A stretch of 35,887 nucleotides of DNA, from the NCBI GenBank assembly GCA_041662805.1, contig JBAZRU010000001.1, forward strand, positions 1-35,887, in the 5' to 3' direction. Of this stretch, positions 35,065-35,887 are shown piece after piece; positions within the stretch are counted from its first letter, which is position 1; each line of letters begins with the position of its first letter. Position numbers and translations under genes: made by a program. The notes under the pieces are model-generated. The model was not told where the DNA came from, did no database searches, and saw only the letters and a program-made list of their open reading frames with translations. Origin of the DNA: Candidatus Hydrogenedentales bacterium (GTDB lineage: Bacteria > Hydrogenedentota > Hydrogenedentia > Hydrogenedentales > SLHB01).

Positions 35065-35887
35065 ATGAAACGGTGGCTATTCGTTGCCTCGATAACTCTC
35101 GTCTTTTCTGCGATGACGGCGGCGGCCGGCGAGGCGCCAAGCCAGCTTCTATTCGTTTCGCCGGAAGGGAACGACGCATGGAGCGGTAAGCTCGCTGTTC
35201 CCAACGAGGCGAAGACCGACGGGCCGTTCGCAACGCTCATCCGCGCACGCGACGAGGCGCGAAAGATGAAGGCCGAGACGGGGACAGCGCTTGGCGGCCT
35301 AACGATTACGGTACGCGGTGGCTCGTATTTCTTCGACGCGCCGCTGGCGTTGACCGCCGAAGATTCCGGTACACCAGATGCCCCCGTCGTATACATGGCT
35401 TTCCCGGGCGAAGAGGTGCGGTTCATTGGCGGAAAGTCGATTTCGGGACTTGAGCGCGTAGCCGACGAGGCAGCACTTGCGCGTCTTGATGAACGCGCAA
35501 GGGGGCACGTCTATTGCGCCAATCTGAAGGCTCAGGGAATTGCCGATTTTGGAGTGCCCGGCGCAGGAGTCGAGTTGTTCTTTCAGGACACGCCGATGAC
35601 CTTGTCCCGCTGGCCCAACGAAGGTTTCGTGAACATCGTCGACATCGTCGTCGAAGACGGCCACCAGATTCACGGCAACAAGGGAAGCAAGGTCGGACAA
35701 TTCAAGTATGAAGGAGACCGTCCTTCGCGATGGGCCAACGAGAAAGACGTGTGGGTGCATGGCTACTGGTTTTGGGATTGGTCGGAGCAGCGCCATAAGG
35801 TCGCGTCGATCGACACCGCCAATTCCATCATCAGCGTCGCCGAACCGTACCACGGGTATGGGTATCGCAAAGGCCAGTGGTATTACG
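35065..35887 (+). CDS. Right-handed beta-helix (pectate-lyase-fold) secreted protein, 3' end truncated by window edge
   Basis: Not in the supplied ORF track because no stop occurs before the window end. My own translation from ATG 35065 (AGGGGA RBS) gives MKRWLFVASITLVFSAMTAAAGEAPSQLLFVSPEGNDAWSG...GPFATLIRARDEARKM...LTITVRGGSYFFDAPLALTAEDSGTPDAPVVYMAFPGEEVRFIGG, the typical N-terminus of beta-helix repeat proteins. The frame is open to nt 35887. Confidence 0.7.
   Translation, partial: MKRWLFVASITLVFSAMTAAAGEAPSQLLFVSPEGNDAWSGKLAVPNEAKTDGPFATLIRARDEARKMKAETGTALGGLTITVRGGSYFFDAPLALTAEDSGTPDAPVVYMAFPGEEVRFIGGKSISGLERVADEAALARLDERARGHVYCANLKAQGIADFGVPGAGVELFFQDTPMTLSRWPNEGFVNIVDIVVEDGHQIHGNKGSKVGQFKYEGDRPSRWANEKDVWVHGYWFWDWSEQRHKVASIDTANSIISVAEPYHGYGYRKGQWYY

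Noticed and set aside
1-35887. Defence islands, toxin-antitoxin pairs, prophage or IS elements, integrases, reverse transcriptases, rRNA/tRNA genes
   Set aside because: I found no motif or gene architecture for any of these on either strand. Every sizeable ORF is accounted for by envelope, glycan or peptidase functions or by shadow ORFs.

Overview
GC-rich chromosomal window from a didermic (Gram-negative-type) bacterium. The gene content (DUF1080, DUF2961/GH172, Sel1, beta-helix and YVTN-propeller proteins) suggests a PVC-like or similar environmental lineage, but I cannot assign taxonomy from sequence alone. The window is densely coding and splits into five blocks. (1) 1-4971 (+): a glycan-assembly operon with GT9, two GT4 genes and an AsnB-type amidotransferase. 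(2) 5071-14463 (+): a co-directional envelope block with lgt, a secreted transglutaminase-like protein, a 993-aa AsmA-family protein followed by YnbE-like and YdbL-like (DUF1318) coding sequence (the E. coli ydbH-ynbE-ydbL order), two uncharacterised exported proteins and a cyclase-family protein. (3) 14662-23439 (-): a Wzx/Wzy-type polysaccharide cluster with priming phosphoglycosyl transferase, flippase, Wzy/O-antigen-ligase-like protein, an embedded clan GH-A hydrolase and two GT4 genes. (4) 23748-31029 (-): a glycosidase block (GH78-like, two divergent DUF2961/GH172 paralogs) interrupted by two Sel1-repeat proteins and a small anchored 23-aa-repeat protein. (5) 31186-35887 (+): pepF, DUF1080, a beta-propeller protein and a beta-helix protein cut off by the window end and missing from the ORF track. 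I found no rRNA, tRNA, CRISPR array, IS element, integrase, phage gene or recognisable defence system. The points most worth a second look are: a frame break inside the ynbE/ydbL-like region; the two uncharacterised genes riding with the ydbH-like module; a tandem 95-bp REP-like hairpin element that supplies the stop codon of a GT gene; and the glycosidase-Sel1-repeat-protein operon. None is demonstrably a new system from sequence alone. All family calls come from motif recognition by eye and need HMM confirmation.
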